DNA of 63,879 nt, filler included, from Thraustochytrium aureum (Eukaryota), in assembly GCA_012862495.1 (NCBI GenBank). It is 6 parts of 4 records of this genome, joined end to end, with 100 filler letters (N's around TTAATTAATTAA, not from the genome) between each part and the next. Parts side by side here need not be neighbours in the genome. Positions count along the whole stretch, not along the records: positions 28,471 to 48,117 come from BLSG01000062.1; positions 48,218 to 56,168 come from BLSG01000062.1; positions 56,269 to 58,890 come from BLSG01000063.1; 3 more parts are not named here. One strand, given 5' to 3'. Made by a program: the position numbers and the translations under genes. A model generated the notes under the pieces. It saw only the letters and a list, made by a program, of their open reading frames with translations, was not told where the DNA came from and did no database searches. Positions 45,672 to 56,342 of the stretch are shown piece after piece. Numbering within the stretch: the first letter of the stretch is position 1; every line of letters starts with the position of its first letter.

Positions 45672-45777
45672 GGGTTTGCGTGTGGCGGGTTTGCGTGTGG
45701 CGGGTTTGCGTGTGGCGGGTTTGCGTGTGGCCGGCTTGCGTGTGGCGGGCTTGCGTGTGGCGGGTTCGCGTGTGGCG
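45672..45777. repeat. 15-bp minisatellite x7
   Basis: gggtttgcgtgtggc repeated, with minor variants. Confidence 0.92.
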
Positions 45778-45882
45778 AACTTGCCGAAGAGCGGCGCGAC
45801 CTCGCGGGGCGCGAGCGCGCACAGCAAGCGAAGTGGACGAAAGAAACGCCGGGGGTGGCACGGCACTGCAGCACGAGAGTCT

Positions 45883-46407
45883 TTATAAGAGTTGTTTTTT
45901 CTCGGGGATCTCAATCTCCGCGTCGTCAATCTTGCGCTGGATCTCGCTCGGGTGCTCGCCGTCGACCGTGCAGCCGACCGAGTAGCACGTGCCGAGGATC
46001 TCCTTGACGGTGCCGGTAAGCTGGCGCGCCATGGAGCGCGGGCGCATCACACGGGCGATCTCGATGACCTGTCGAGCGTCATGTTGCCGTGTGCTTGACG
46101 TTCTTGGGGCCGTTCTTGCGGTCGCGGGTGGGCTCCTTGAGCGCCTTGATCACCATCGAGGAGGCGCTCGGGACGAGCTCGACCTTGGCCTGCCTGTTCT
46201 GGATGATGAGCTTGACGGTGACCTTGAGGCCCTTCCAGTCCAGCGTGGCGTCCCTGATGTCCTCACCGACCTTCTTTGGTGAGAGACCGAGCGGGCCCAC
46301 CTTGGGGGCAAGCGAGGAAGCAGCACCAATCTCTCCGCCCACAGCGCGCATAATCACGATCTGCGTCCCGCCGCCCGGCCGTCAGTCAGTCTCCCACTCA
46401 TCCTCCT

Positions 46408-46441
<34 letters not shown>

Positions 46442-46499
46442 AACCCTCCCTCCGCCTCAGCGCACTCACCTTGACGTCATCCGACGGCGGGGGGCCCAT
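45883..46499 (-). CDS. RPL12: 60S ribosomal protein L12 (uL11); intron 46361-46469
   Basis: [31 protein letters not shown]...[17 protein letters not shown]...; exon 1 [16 protein letters not shown]; frameshifts at about 46070-46095. Confidence 0.95.
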
Positions 46500-48598
46500 T
46501 TTCCTTCACGACAANNNNNNNNNNNNNNNNNNNNNNNNNNNNNNNNNNNNNNNNNNNNNNNNNNNNNNNNNNNNNNNNNNNNNNNNNNNNNNNNNNNNNN
46601 NNNNNNNNNNNNNNNNNNNNNNNNNNNNNNNNNNNNNNNNNNNNNNNNNNNNNNNNNNNNNNNNNNNNNNNNNNNNNNNNNNNNNNNNNNNNNNNNNNNN
46701 NNNNNNNNNNNNNNNNNNNNNNNNNNNNNNNNNNNNNNNNNNNNNNNNNNNNNNNNNNNNNNNNNNNNNNNNNNNNNNNNNNNNNNNNNNNNNNNNNNNN
46801 NNNNNNNNNNNNNNNNNNNNNNNNNNNNNNNNNNNNNNNNNNNNNNNNNNNNNNNNNNNNNNNNNNNNNNNNNNNNNNNNNNNNNCGTGCTCTGCTGCTG
46901 CTCCGCTGCTGCTCTGCCACTCCTCTCCTCCCTCCTCACGCTGCAAGCCGCTCCACCGCAACAGGCGAGAGTCCGCCCTCGATACACCCCTGGGGCAGCG
47001 GGTCGACCAATGGCTCGCGCGCCGGACGACCTCTGACCGCCCTGCGCACGCCCCACCACACACGGAGGACCCTAACCCTGGGCGGTATTGCGGGCGCGGC
47101 GCGGGTTTGAGGGGCCCAGGGACGGTGCGCGGCCGGCGCGCTGCGGAGGTGTTTGTTTGTTTTTTTTCTTCGCGCGAGCGCCTTGCTCCTGCCGCGCGGG
47201 GCCATGCTGGAGCGGGCTGGATGGCCTTGGCATGCATTGCGCAGAGCGGTGGGGTCGTCGGCTGGGCGCCACGGATTGGTGGTCGAGCATGCTCGTGGGC
47301 GAGCTCTTGCTCTTGGGGCCGGGAAGTGCGGTGTGGCTGGCTGCCCGGCGCGGGGTCTGACCACGGACGTGGGTTTTGATCAAGAGCGATTGGACAGGCT
47401 TGCGGGCCAAGAAAGCGAGAGTCCTGCGCGTCTGCGAGGCCAAGGGGAACCCAGCAGGCCCGCTACAATCCCTGCAACTCCCCCCTCCTTTCCGAAAACG
47501 CCGCGAATGACCCCGGGACACGAACAAAGCAGGGTGGAAGCCGGTCCAGCGGTCCACAAGAAAGACAACGAAACTTGGCCCTTGCTGGCGCGCTCGGGGC
47601 GGCTGCGACAAAAAAAAAGGCTGATCGGGCGGCTTCAAGTTGGTGGTCCAAAACGCATTTTATCTCCGTGCACTTTTTTCTGAATGCGCTGCGCTGCGCT
47701 GCGCTGCGCTGCGCTGCGCTTGAAGAAACCACCAACTGCCTACAAACCTTATTGATGCAATAGGCCAGGCTGCGATTGCGAGCAAGAGGCGCTCTCCTTG
47801 CAGTGAGGCAGTCTGCGCCGTTCCGTCCCGGTAGGGCCGGAACTGATGCCATGTCCCCAACCCAAATCTTCATGACATGGTCGTCCAAGCGCGCGTCCCG
47901 AAACGAGTTCCCAGCACACACCGTTCGCTGCTGCTGCGCTGGGAACGCTCGTCATGTTGCAGCTTTTGGAAGGTGGCACGCACTTTATTGCTCAGCGGAG
48001 CAGCCCGGCCATTCACGGCAAGGACCTGCCCCTGCACTCTGCTCGACAAACAGTGCTGCGGCTCCGAGCCGCTTTGCCGCGCGATGCACTTGCGGGAGCA
48101 TGCGGGAGCCGCTGCGTNNNNNNNNNNNNNNNNNNNNNNNNNNNNNNNNNNNNNNNNNNNNTTAATTAATTAANNNNNNNNNNNNNNNNNNNNNNNNNNN
48201 NNNNNNNNNNNNNNNNNCTGCGTGAATGTTACCAGTGCAAGGGGAGCTTGCTGCACGGGCGCCCTGGCGTGACTGCCAGGGCGCGCAGGCGCAGCTGTTT
48301 CACATGCAAAACGCCGCGTTCCAACAGCATCTGCTACTAGCTAGTACCCCATGGCACGCACTTGCGCGAGCGGGTTCCGCTCTTCGCAGCCACCAGAGTG
48401 TGCAGGGAAGCAGCAGGTCGAAACGAGCAGTTGCTCGAGCTGCTTCGACGCCGGCCTTTCAGGCGCTCGACGCGGCGGACGCGAGCTGCTTGGCGTCTGC
48501 GAGGCGGCCTGGTTGCCGTGGACTGGCGGCCTCTGGCTGGGCAAACTGCAACGCTTGAACTGCTAGGGATCCGCTCTGCACGGCGGATTCGTCGTGGG

Positions 48599-49735
48599 AT
48601 GGTCGCGTGGAGGCAAGCCCCTGCCGGCGGTGGCTGCCATGGTGTTTCCACGTGGAGCCCCTTTAGGAAGGCCTGGGTTGGACTGGGCTTGGCTCTTGGA
48701 GCTCTCGCCGTTGGCCGGTGGGTACACCACAACGTCGAAATGGCTGCGACGCACGCCGGGCTTGTGGTGATGGTTATGAGTGCGCGGGGGCACGCGGAGG
48801 CAAGGATGGCCATCCGCGACGGCTGGGCGCATGGCTTGAAGGGCAGGGTCGTCTTTGGCATAGGAGAATTGTGGTGTGATGTACCACCAGAGTATCAGGC
48901 AAACTTTTTCCCGTGCACAGCAGACGACTCGAAGGTTGCCCAAAACCCAAACGCATTCGAGGAGAGGCGCGCCACTCACGTTGCGATGGAGCGAGCGACC
49001 CAGGAAGCGCTGCAGCTGGAGTCGGCCGAGTTTGGCGACCTTATCATGCTGCCTGTCATCGACTCGTACGGCAATTTGGCAGCCAAAGTAAAAGCTGGGC
49101 TGGTCTGGGCGGCGCAAAACCGGCCAAACCTTTGGTTTATGAAAGCAGACGACGACGTCGTTGTTCGGGTGGAGCGGTTACAACGATTTGTCGAGGGAAT
49201 ACCCCACAGGCCACTTCGTTTGATTGGCGGAATCGAGAGGGCCTCGCCAGTTCTCACGGAAGGTCGCTGGGGCGAGCCTACGTATAAGGCCACAGTTTAC
49301 CCGCCGTATGCGCAAGGCGCGACCGGCTACGTGCTTTCGCCAAGCCTTGTTGAGCGGTTCGCCGCAGCGCGGGACAGTCTGCACGACTACCGGTGCGAAG
49401 ACGCTGCGATTGGGGTGTGGATCGAAGACCTTGGTCTCACCAAACAAGTGACCTTGCAGCACTCGGACCGGATCGCGCTCGAGCCGTTGTGCCGTGTTCA
49501 CTGTTGCGTGTTGGAGCCAGATCGTAGCCGCCGCATCGTGTACGGCCACAAGCTCTCTCCATCTGACATGTGGCACTGCTCGCGGTATTTGGGCCTCGCA
49601 AATCCGACGCGAACCCTCTACCCGCCACTCGAGCTGCCGGAAATTACGAACGCGGAGGTGTGCCAGCTTACGAAGAAGTACTTGGACTTGCGCTGGGTGA
49701 AGGACGCTGGCATTGATACATCATTCGATTGTTGA
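48599..49735 (+). CDS. GT31 beta-1,3-galactosyltransferase family protein
   Basis: N-terminal TM, RMAIRDGW, ESAEFGDL..DSYGNLAAKV, FMKADDD, YPPYAQGATGYVLS, EDAAIGVW. Confidence 0.9.
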   Translation: MVAWRQAPAGGGCHGVSTWSPFRKAWVGLGLALGALAVGRWVHHNVEMAATHAGLVVMVMSARGHAEARMAIRDGWAHGLKGRVVFGIGELWCDVPPEYQANFFPCTADDSKVAQNPNAFEERRATHVAMERATQEALQLESAEFGDLIMLPVIDSYGNLAAKVKAGLVWAAQNRPNLWFMKADDDVVVRVERLQRFVEGIPHRPLRLIGGIERASPVLTEGRWGEPTYKATVYPPYAQGATGYVLSPSLVERFAAARDSLHDYRCEDAAIGVWIEDLGLTKQVTLQHSDRIALEPLCRVHCCVLEPDRSRRIVYGHKLSPSDMWHCSRYLGLANPTRTLYPPLELPEITNAEVCQLTKKYLDLRWVKDAGIDTSFDC

Positions 49736-50300
49736 AGGCACCGGACCAAGCCATGCACGTTGGGCTTCTTTTTTTGCTCTTGCTCTCGCCTTTCGTCCTT
49801 CCTTCCTTCCTTCCGTCTCATTTCGACATCGAACGGCTGGCATGATGGCATCCGTCAAATTTTGCGCCGTGGTGCTGCGCCCAATCGTTCGACTTTTGGG
49901 GGTCTGATGAGTCGCAGCGCTGCGTAGAACGGTATCTCAGCATCCACGCCGAGTAGGTCACAAAAAGGTCGGGACACTTGCAAGGATTGATTGAGGAATC
50001 GCCTTCAAGTTGACTTGGCCTTTGCGTGTCCGAGTCTGCCTGCCCATTGATGACTCAAGCCTTCTCACGACTACCTACCTGGCAGGCCTGCGTGCCTCCT
50101 CACCTCATCCCTGTGCTGCCTGTCAAGTAGGTTTGTTCTCAAGGAGGATCCTCCTTGGTTTGTCTCCGAGTCCTGCACGAGCGCACGCGAGCCTGGCAGC
50201 GTCCCACAGACCAAGTAGGTTTACAACGTGTTTGCGCTATCTGTGTCCCAGAACGAAGGAACTCGCGTCGACCCTTGAGCCTCGTTGGGGCTGGCGAGTC

Positions 50301-50389
50301 CAAAGTCACCTGCGCAGACCACGTTCTCCAAAGCAAAGGTCACCTGCGCAGACCACGCTCTCCAAAGCAAAGGTCGCCTGCGCAGACCA
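50301..50389. repeat. 34-bp tandem repeat x2.5
   Basis: gtcacctgcgcagaccacg(t/c)tctccaaagcaaag at 50305, 50339 and 50373. Confidence 0.88.
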
Positions 50390-50457
50390 AGACCGAGACG
50401 CGGCTTTTTGGGGCGCAGTGCGCTCGAAACGCGACTGCGGCCGAGGGTAGAAGAAGA

Positions 50458-51669
50458 ATGCTGAGGTTTGCCGCGCGCACTGCTGCCCTGAGCTTGTGGG
50501 TGGCTTGTGCCACGGCGAGCTTGGCGACAGGGAGCCTCGCCGCGCTGCCGCTTGTGGAAGTTGACGCTGCTGACCACTTTGAGCTCGGGCTTGCAGTGGG
50601 GCGCTCTCAACGCGACTCTCTAAGGCGCTTCTTTGACAACCCCGCAGGGGCCTTCCGCAAAACGCTAAAGCCGTTCTACGAGACCAGCGCGGGACGCGAG
50701 TTTGTGGGCGAGCTGTTCCGCACTGCCAGCAATGTTATGCCAAAGTACGTGGACGAGCTGCGCGGGATGGCTGAAGGCTCTGGAATTCACCTGGCCTACC
50801 TGTTCATCCAGAACTGCGAGTCGGAAATAGACCTGCTCGTGTCGAGCCCAGTCGCGCGCGGCGAACACTGCACTGACGTGCTCAGCGCAGGCGAGAACGG
50901 GACAGGCCTTGTTGCACACAATGAGGACTACTCGCCAGAAACCATCGGCCACGTTTTCCTCCTCAACGCCACGATCCGCTCAAGTGGCGAGTCGTTCGTC
51001 GCGTTCATGTATCCAGGCACCCTAGCTGGCTGGGCGTTTGGGTTTAACCAGCACGGCCTCATTCAGACCGCCAACGCCGTCTTCCCAAAGCAAGTGCAAG
51101 CCCGCGGCGCCGTTCCTGTGGTGTTCTCGACTCGCCTGGCGTTGAGCGCACGGTCGCCTTCAGAAGCAAGGTCGCTGCTGGCCAGTTCCGCAAGTGTCCC
51201 GTCCTCCGGAATAGGTCTCAACCTTGCGAGCGTCTCCTCCGGCGAGGTGATGAGTCTCGAGCTCGCGAGTGACGGCTCCGACACAATGCTGGTCGCCCCG
51301 AACACCTTTCTTGTTCACTTCAACCAGTACATCCACAACCCGATGCGCGCCTTTGAGATCGAGGACGCGAGTAGCGTCGCTCGGAACCGGACTGTGACAG
51401 GGCTCGTCCGAGAAAACCCAGAACTCCCATTTTCCATGGCAGGGGCGCGACGCATTCTTGGCGACACCTCAGATCCCGACTACCCGGTCTACCGAAGCGG
51501 CAACAAGGACGACGTGTACACGCTGTGCACCGCCCTGTTTGACTTGTCCAAGAAGACGCTGGACGTTCTCACGTGCAGGCCGTCTTTGAAGAGCTGCGAA
51601 GCATCGTACACGTTTGAGATCGCGAGCCCAGAGCGCTCCGCAGGAGGAATCCGCATTGAAGTTGCCTGA
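50458..51669 (+). CDS. Peptidase C45 / Ntn-hydrolase (Tan / acyl-CoA:6-APA acyltransferase-like), with signal peptide
   Basis: YVDELRGMAEGSG, autoproteolytic H|CTD, AHNED, YPGTLAGWAFGFNQHG, HFNQY, TLCTALFDL. Confidence 0.88.
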   Translation: MLRFAARTAALSLWVACATASLATGSLAALPLVEVDAADHFELGLAVGRSQRDSLRRFFDNPAGAFRKTLKPFYETSAGREFVGELFRTASNVMPKYVDELRGMAEGSGIHLAYLFIQNCESEIDLLVSSPVARGEHCTDVLSAGENGTGLVAHNEDYSPETIGHVFLLNATIRSSGESFVAFMYPGTLAGWAFGFNQHGLIQTANAVFPKQVQARGAVPVVFSTRLALSARSPSEARSLLASSASVPSSGIGLNLASVSSGEVMSLELASDGSDTMLVAPNTFLVHFNQYIHNPMRAFEIEDASSVARNRTVTGLVRENPELPFSMAGARRILGDTSDPDYPVYRSGNKDDVYTLCTALFDLSKKTLDVLTCRPSLKSCEASYTFEIASPERSAGGIRIEVA

Positions 51670-51991
51670 GGACGCAAGTTGCCGCTCGCGACACAGGCAA
51701 AATTGGAAGCGTCGCTCGCGCAACCAGGTGGAGTTCAAGGTTTGATTGAGAAAAGACAAGATCTGGGCAAAGCAATTGAGTTACGCAAGCATTCTCCGTC
51801 GCAAACGGCGACACTGGCGATACTCGCCAGAGGTCCGCCCGTCAACTGCATGGCCCGTTAATGCTGAAGCCGAACGTAATACCAATACACTGAAGCGTCC
51901 GTGACAGTCCTTGCCGCCGCTGCACTTGCTCCGACTTGAGAGTTCCGACGGTTGGGCTCTCTCGTAGCTCGCTAGCTCCAGAGAGCGAGGC

Positions 51992-52864
51992 CTATGTGGC
52001 TAGCGAAACCGACTTGCCGTCTCCTGAGAGGCTGAACTTGGACGGCTTGGAAACCAGAAATTGCTTGAGCTCCTTCTTCCCGAGCTCGCTGTGCTCCTCT
52101 CGGAGCGCCTCGAGCAGCGCTTTCACCTTGAGCGTTTTATCGCTGGCTTTCTTGAGGAGCTTCTTGGCCTGCTTGTGCCACGAGTGGGGCGCTGAGACAG
52201 TCTTGCTTTTCTTGGCATCATTCTCACCTAGCCCGCCCTCGGAAGACTCGAGAGGGCGCTTGCTCTGTTTGCCGTTTGAGGAGGGCTCGTCGAGCGGCTC
52301 GGACCCGGTCGCCTTGCGAGACCCGGAATCGCTTTCCTCGCAGGACTTGGAACCAGCCTTTGCTTTGGCCTCTGCAGCCATCTGCTGTTGCATGACCTCC
52401 TTGTCCTTGTTCCAGCCGTCTTGCAGCGTCGCCCAGAGTTCGGCTGCGGTGTCACTGTCGGGGCGGACGTGGAAGGCGCTTTTGCAATAGTTTAGAAATT
52501 TTTTCTCCTTGCGCGGCACGTTGTCGCACTCGCCCATCTTGATAAACACGTTTGCCGCTGCTGCGCTCACGCTGAGCGAGCCCGCGGCGGCCTGGGCGGC
52601 CAGTCGTCCTACCAGGTCTGTCCAGCGAAGCTGCGGGTCTTGTTTTGAGCCCGGCTTCTTCTTGGGCTCTTGATACAGCGCGCCTTGGTACTTTTCAGCC
52701 TCGGAGATGCACGAGTTGTGGGCCTGGTACTCTTCGCCAGCGAAAGAGCGCCCGCAGTCAACGCAGCTCAGCGTCCAGCACGACTTGCATTTGAACTGGT
52801 AGTGGTTTTCAACTTTGGCCTTCTTGACCGTCTCCTGGCAGGCGTCGCAGATGAAGGACACCAT
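51992..52864 (-). CDS. LYAR: Cell growth-regulating nucleolar protein LYAR
   Basis: MVSFICDACQETVKKAKVENH...C...LSCVDC...HNSCISEAEKYQG; NVPRKEKKFLNY. Confidence 0.93.
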   Translation of the reverse strand: MVSFICDACQETVKKAKVENHYQFKCKSCWTLSCVDCGRSFAGEEYQAHNSCISEAEKYQGALYQEPKKKPGSKQDPQLRWTDLVGRLAAQAAAGSLSVSAAAANVFIKMGECDNVPRKEKKFLNYCKSAFHVRPDSDTAAELWATLQDGWNKDKEVMQQQMAAEAKAKAGSKSCEESDSGSRKATGSEPLDEPSSNGKQSKRPLESSEGGLGENDAKKSKTVSAPHSWHKQAKKLLKKASDKTLKVKALLEALREEHSELGKKELKQFLVSKPSKFSLSGDGKSVSLAT

Positions 52865-53377
52865 CGCGGCCGTCCGCAGACTGGGCGCGGACCAAAGCCA
52901 CAACCAATCGGGCCCGCGCGATGCTGCCAAACGCTGCCAAGCGTGCAGCGGGGGTTGCCAGGGCCGTGCAGCGCGGTTTTTGCTCGCGCACTGCTCCTCG
53001 AAATGTGGCCCCGCCACTACTGGGTGGCCACGAAATCACGTTCCGTACACACCCCAAGCCCCTTGCAACTGAGAGGAACCCGGATGACCGTTGCGAGTTG
53101 TTGTGCAGGCCAACCAGCAGAATTCAGCTCCCAGCGGAGACAAGAGCATTCTGAATAGCCTGTGATGGCCGTGAATTCTCTCCTCAGCGAACTCCAGACC
53201 ACAGGAGCGTGGACAGCAAGCCGTTGATGAGCACAGCTGTCGCTGTCGCGGCGCGAAATGGTCGGCCTTGCCACACTCGCCCGGCTCGCAACGACGGCGG
53301 CGCTCGTCGTGGCGGACGGTCAGCAAGGCGTCCTGGCCGCGCGCCTCGGTGCAGTGCGCTTGGGATACGCGCCGCCA

Positions 53378-54400
53378 TGAGAAGCTCGTCCTGGCGACGG
53401 TGTTGCCGCTCGGAATCTTGCCCGGTTGCGCTGCGATCGGCCAGCGAATAGCAGCCAAAGCCGGCGGCGCCGAGAGCCGGCGCGCGGCGCTGCTGGAAGC
53501 GCGAAAAACGCTGCTAGCTACGTTTGTGCTCGGCCTGCTGTTCTTGAGCTACCCGACCGTGTCAAGCACGATCTTCAAGACGTTTGCCTGCGACACTTAC
53601 CAGGTGACTGCAAAGCAATCGACGCGCGCGCTAAGCGCGGACTACCGCATCAACTGCGACAGCGCCGAGCATGGGGCGTCAGTGGTGTACGCGGCTGTCA
53701 TGGTGCTTGTATTTCCAGTTGGCCTCGTCACGGTCTTTGGGTTGCTGTTGCTGCTTTGCCAGAAGGCTCGCCAGAGGAGCGCCGTTCCGTTAGGGAGCGG
53801 GCGCGGCTCCTGGAAGCTCTGGTTTCTGCACGCTCCTTACCGCTCGGAGGTTATTGGTTCGAAGCCCTAGCTAGATCTTGTGCTTAAGCTGGTACAGGTT
53901 TCGCTTTACGCCTTTGTGGCTGCTGGCCGGACGAGCGTGGAGGCCAAGTTTTGGGCCTTTTTTGTCATGAGCACGGCGCACGTGGCGATGCTGAGCTACT
54001 TGTCGCCGTATGCGATGGCAGGCGACCGGATGTTTGCGCTGTTGTCTGCGCTCGTGCGAACGGGCATTACGTGCGTGGTTCTGAAGGTCGAGTTTGACCG
54101 CCAAGCTGGTCTTTCGGTGGGATTGGCAAGCACCTCACGTCAGCGCTCCAGGCGGTTGAGTTGATCGCGCTGCCTGCGGCCATGATGATCGCTTGGGAGT
54201 TCGTATGCCGCCGATCCACAGGGGGCCCTGTCGTGCCTCTTGTTGGGGCTCGCGTGACTCCGACGCTCGCTGTTGGAGCGAAATGAAGCACACGACCAAC
54301 TCGACCAAGTTCTACGTAGACTTGTAGCACTCCGAGCAGGCCTAGCTTTGTTGATCCGAGAACTCGAGCCACATGTTGTCTTGTCGAAATGCCCCGCCGG
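53378..54400 (+). pseudogene. Degenerate or frameshifted multipass membrane domain of the kind ending many large protist surface proteins
   Basis: LFLSYPTVSSTIFKTFAC...LSADYRINCDSAEH...YAAVMVLVFPVG...FLHAPYR; broken over at least three frames; no clear ectodomain. Confidence 0.5.
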
Positions 54401-54704
54401 CGGTCTTGCCCGTGTGGCGGCCCTTCGCCGAGAGGCACCGCTGCGAGGCGACCGCGGCGTGGCACCCTCATCGAGCCAGGAGGTTGCGTATCTTGTCGTG
54501 TCAGCCAGCGTCAGTCCGACGATTCGCGATATCGCGCAACACCTCGGATCACACAGCTTGCAGCAGCCAGCAGCGAACAGCAGAGTCGAGTCTCGGGGCG
54601 CGCAGGCGACGGCGGTGCTTTGCTACGCGCCTGCAAGCTGACAAGTCGGCAGCGTCTGCGAGCGCTCGAGCGGTTTGCGGGTGAAGGTTAGGGGCGCAGT
54701 CAAC

Positions 54705-55218
54705 ATGGACGGAGTACCGCCCTTCGTGCTGGACCTGTTCCAGCGGCTTCCCGCCGGCGCCCAGGAACGGGCACAGGCGGGGATGATGAAGGCGATGCAG
54801 GACAAGTACTACCTTCCGCTGGCTACTGTGCCGGTCGTGTACCTGCTGGCGTACCTGCCGCATTCTGTTGCTGTGACGACCAAGATTATGGCCAAGGGCC
54901 CGCTCAAGTACAACAACGACACGCCACGCACGGAGCGTATGGAAGACTACCCCCAAGATCCTGGCGCGGTGCGTTGGGGCGCACAACAACGCGCTTGAGA
55001 TGTTTCCGGCGTTTGCGGCGGCGGTGCTGGTGGCGCGCCAGCTCAAGGGCGACCCGGCCGAGCTGACGCAGCTGTGTGTGCAGCACATCAAGCTGCGCCT
55101 CGTTTACACGGTCTTGTACGTTCTTGGTGTAAACAAGGTCATTAACGCGGGCCGCACGGTGGCCTGGGCAATGCTGGTTCGCAACGTCCTGAATATCTTT
55201 GCTGCGGGAATGTTTTAG
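54705..55218 (+). CDS. MAPEG family membrane protein
   Basis: YNNDTPR; after removing one C in the run at about 54950 it reads ARCVGAHNNALEMFPAFAAAVL...RLVYTVLY. Confidence 0.85.
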
Positions 55219-55458
55219 TTTTTCTTCAAGCAATAACCAGCCAGTCGCCAGCCAGCGATGAAGCCATCAGCAGCTATCCGCAGCCAGCCAGCGAGCCAGC
55301 CAGCCAGCGAAAACAAGCCTCCGCGAAACGCGAAAAAAAAAGGTCGTTGTTTTAAATGTCCTTTTTTGTCCTTCTCAGATGATGTCTTTCTGCTCGGCAA
55401 CTTGGGCGCGCACTGAAATGGCGCAAACAAAGCGCAGCGACAACAGGGAGCCCCCCGC

Positions 55459-56168
55459 TCACTCCTCTTTCGGCGCGGCAGGCGCAGGCGCCTCAAGCGA
55501 GCCAGGCTGGTTGGCTTTGCGCGGCCAGTACACGTCGCGAAGCTTGGCCGGGATCTTCTTGAGCGCCTCCTTCGGGAAAAGGCGCAGCAGGTCCCACGCA
55601 AGATCCAGGCTCTCGTGAATATTGCGCGACTGGTACGGGCCCTGGGACAGGAACTTGCGCTCAAAGTTGGAGGTGAAGTGGAGGTACTTCATGTCGTCGG
55701 CGGAGAGAGCTTCCTCGCCGACGACGGCCTTCATTGCCAGCACGTCCTTGCCGTTGGCATAGTTGGCGTAGAGCTGGTTGCAGACATCCCAGTGGTCCGC
55801 GCGGGTCATGCCCTCCCCGACAGCGCTTTTCATGAGACGAGAGAGCGAGGGGAGCAGGTTGATGGGCGGGAAGATCTGGTTGTTGTGCAGCGCACGATCG
55901 ACGTAGATCTGACCCTCCGTGATGTAGCCGGTCAAATCCGGGATCGGGTGGGTGATGTCGTCGTTAGGCATCGTAAGAATGGGTAGCTGTGTGATAGAAC
56001 CGTTGCGCCCCTCGACGCGGCCGGCTCGCTCGTACAGCGTCGCCAAGTCGGTGTACATGTAACCCGGGTAGCCGCGGCGGCCGGGCACTTCCTCGCGAGC
56101 CGCCGACACCTCGCGCAGGGCATCGGCGTAAGAGCTCATATCCGTGAGGATGACGAGTACGTGAAGGT
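55459..56168 (-). CDS. ATP6V1B: V-type ATPase subunit B, C-terminal part (truncated by the scaffold end)
   Basis: [78 protein letters not shown]. Confidence 0.97.
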
Positions 56169-56342
56169 NNNNNNNNNNNNNNNNNNNNNNNNNNNNNNNN
56201 NNNNNNNNNNNNTTAATTAATTAANNNNNNNNNNNNNNNNNNNNNNNNNNNNNNNNNNNNNNNNNNNNCAGCCCGGCAGCCAGGCAGACAGGCCAGGCAG
56301 GCAGGCAGGCAGGCAGGCAGATAGGCGGTCAGGCGGGCGAGG

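Noticed and set aside
50070..50132. TACCTGGCAGG resembling the U1 snRNA 5' end, within a hairpin
   Set aside because: No U1 loop I/II motifs or Sm site follow. It is only an imperfect inverted repeat.
54990..55000. Apparent in-frame TGA in the MAPEG gene (selenocysteine or readthrough)
   Set aside because: The conserved AHNNALEMF motif is in another frame. One extra C at about 54950 explains it.
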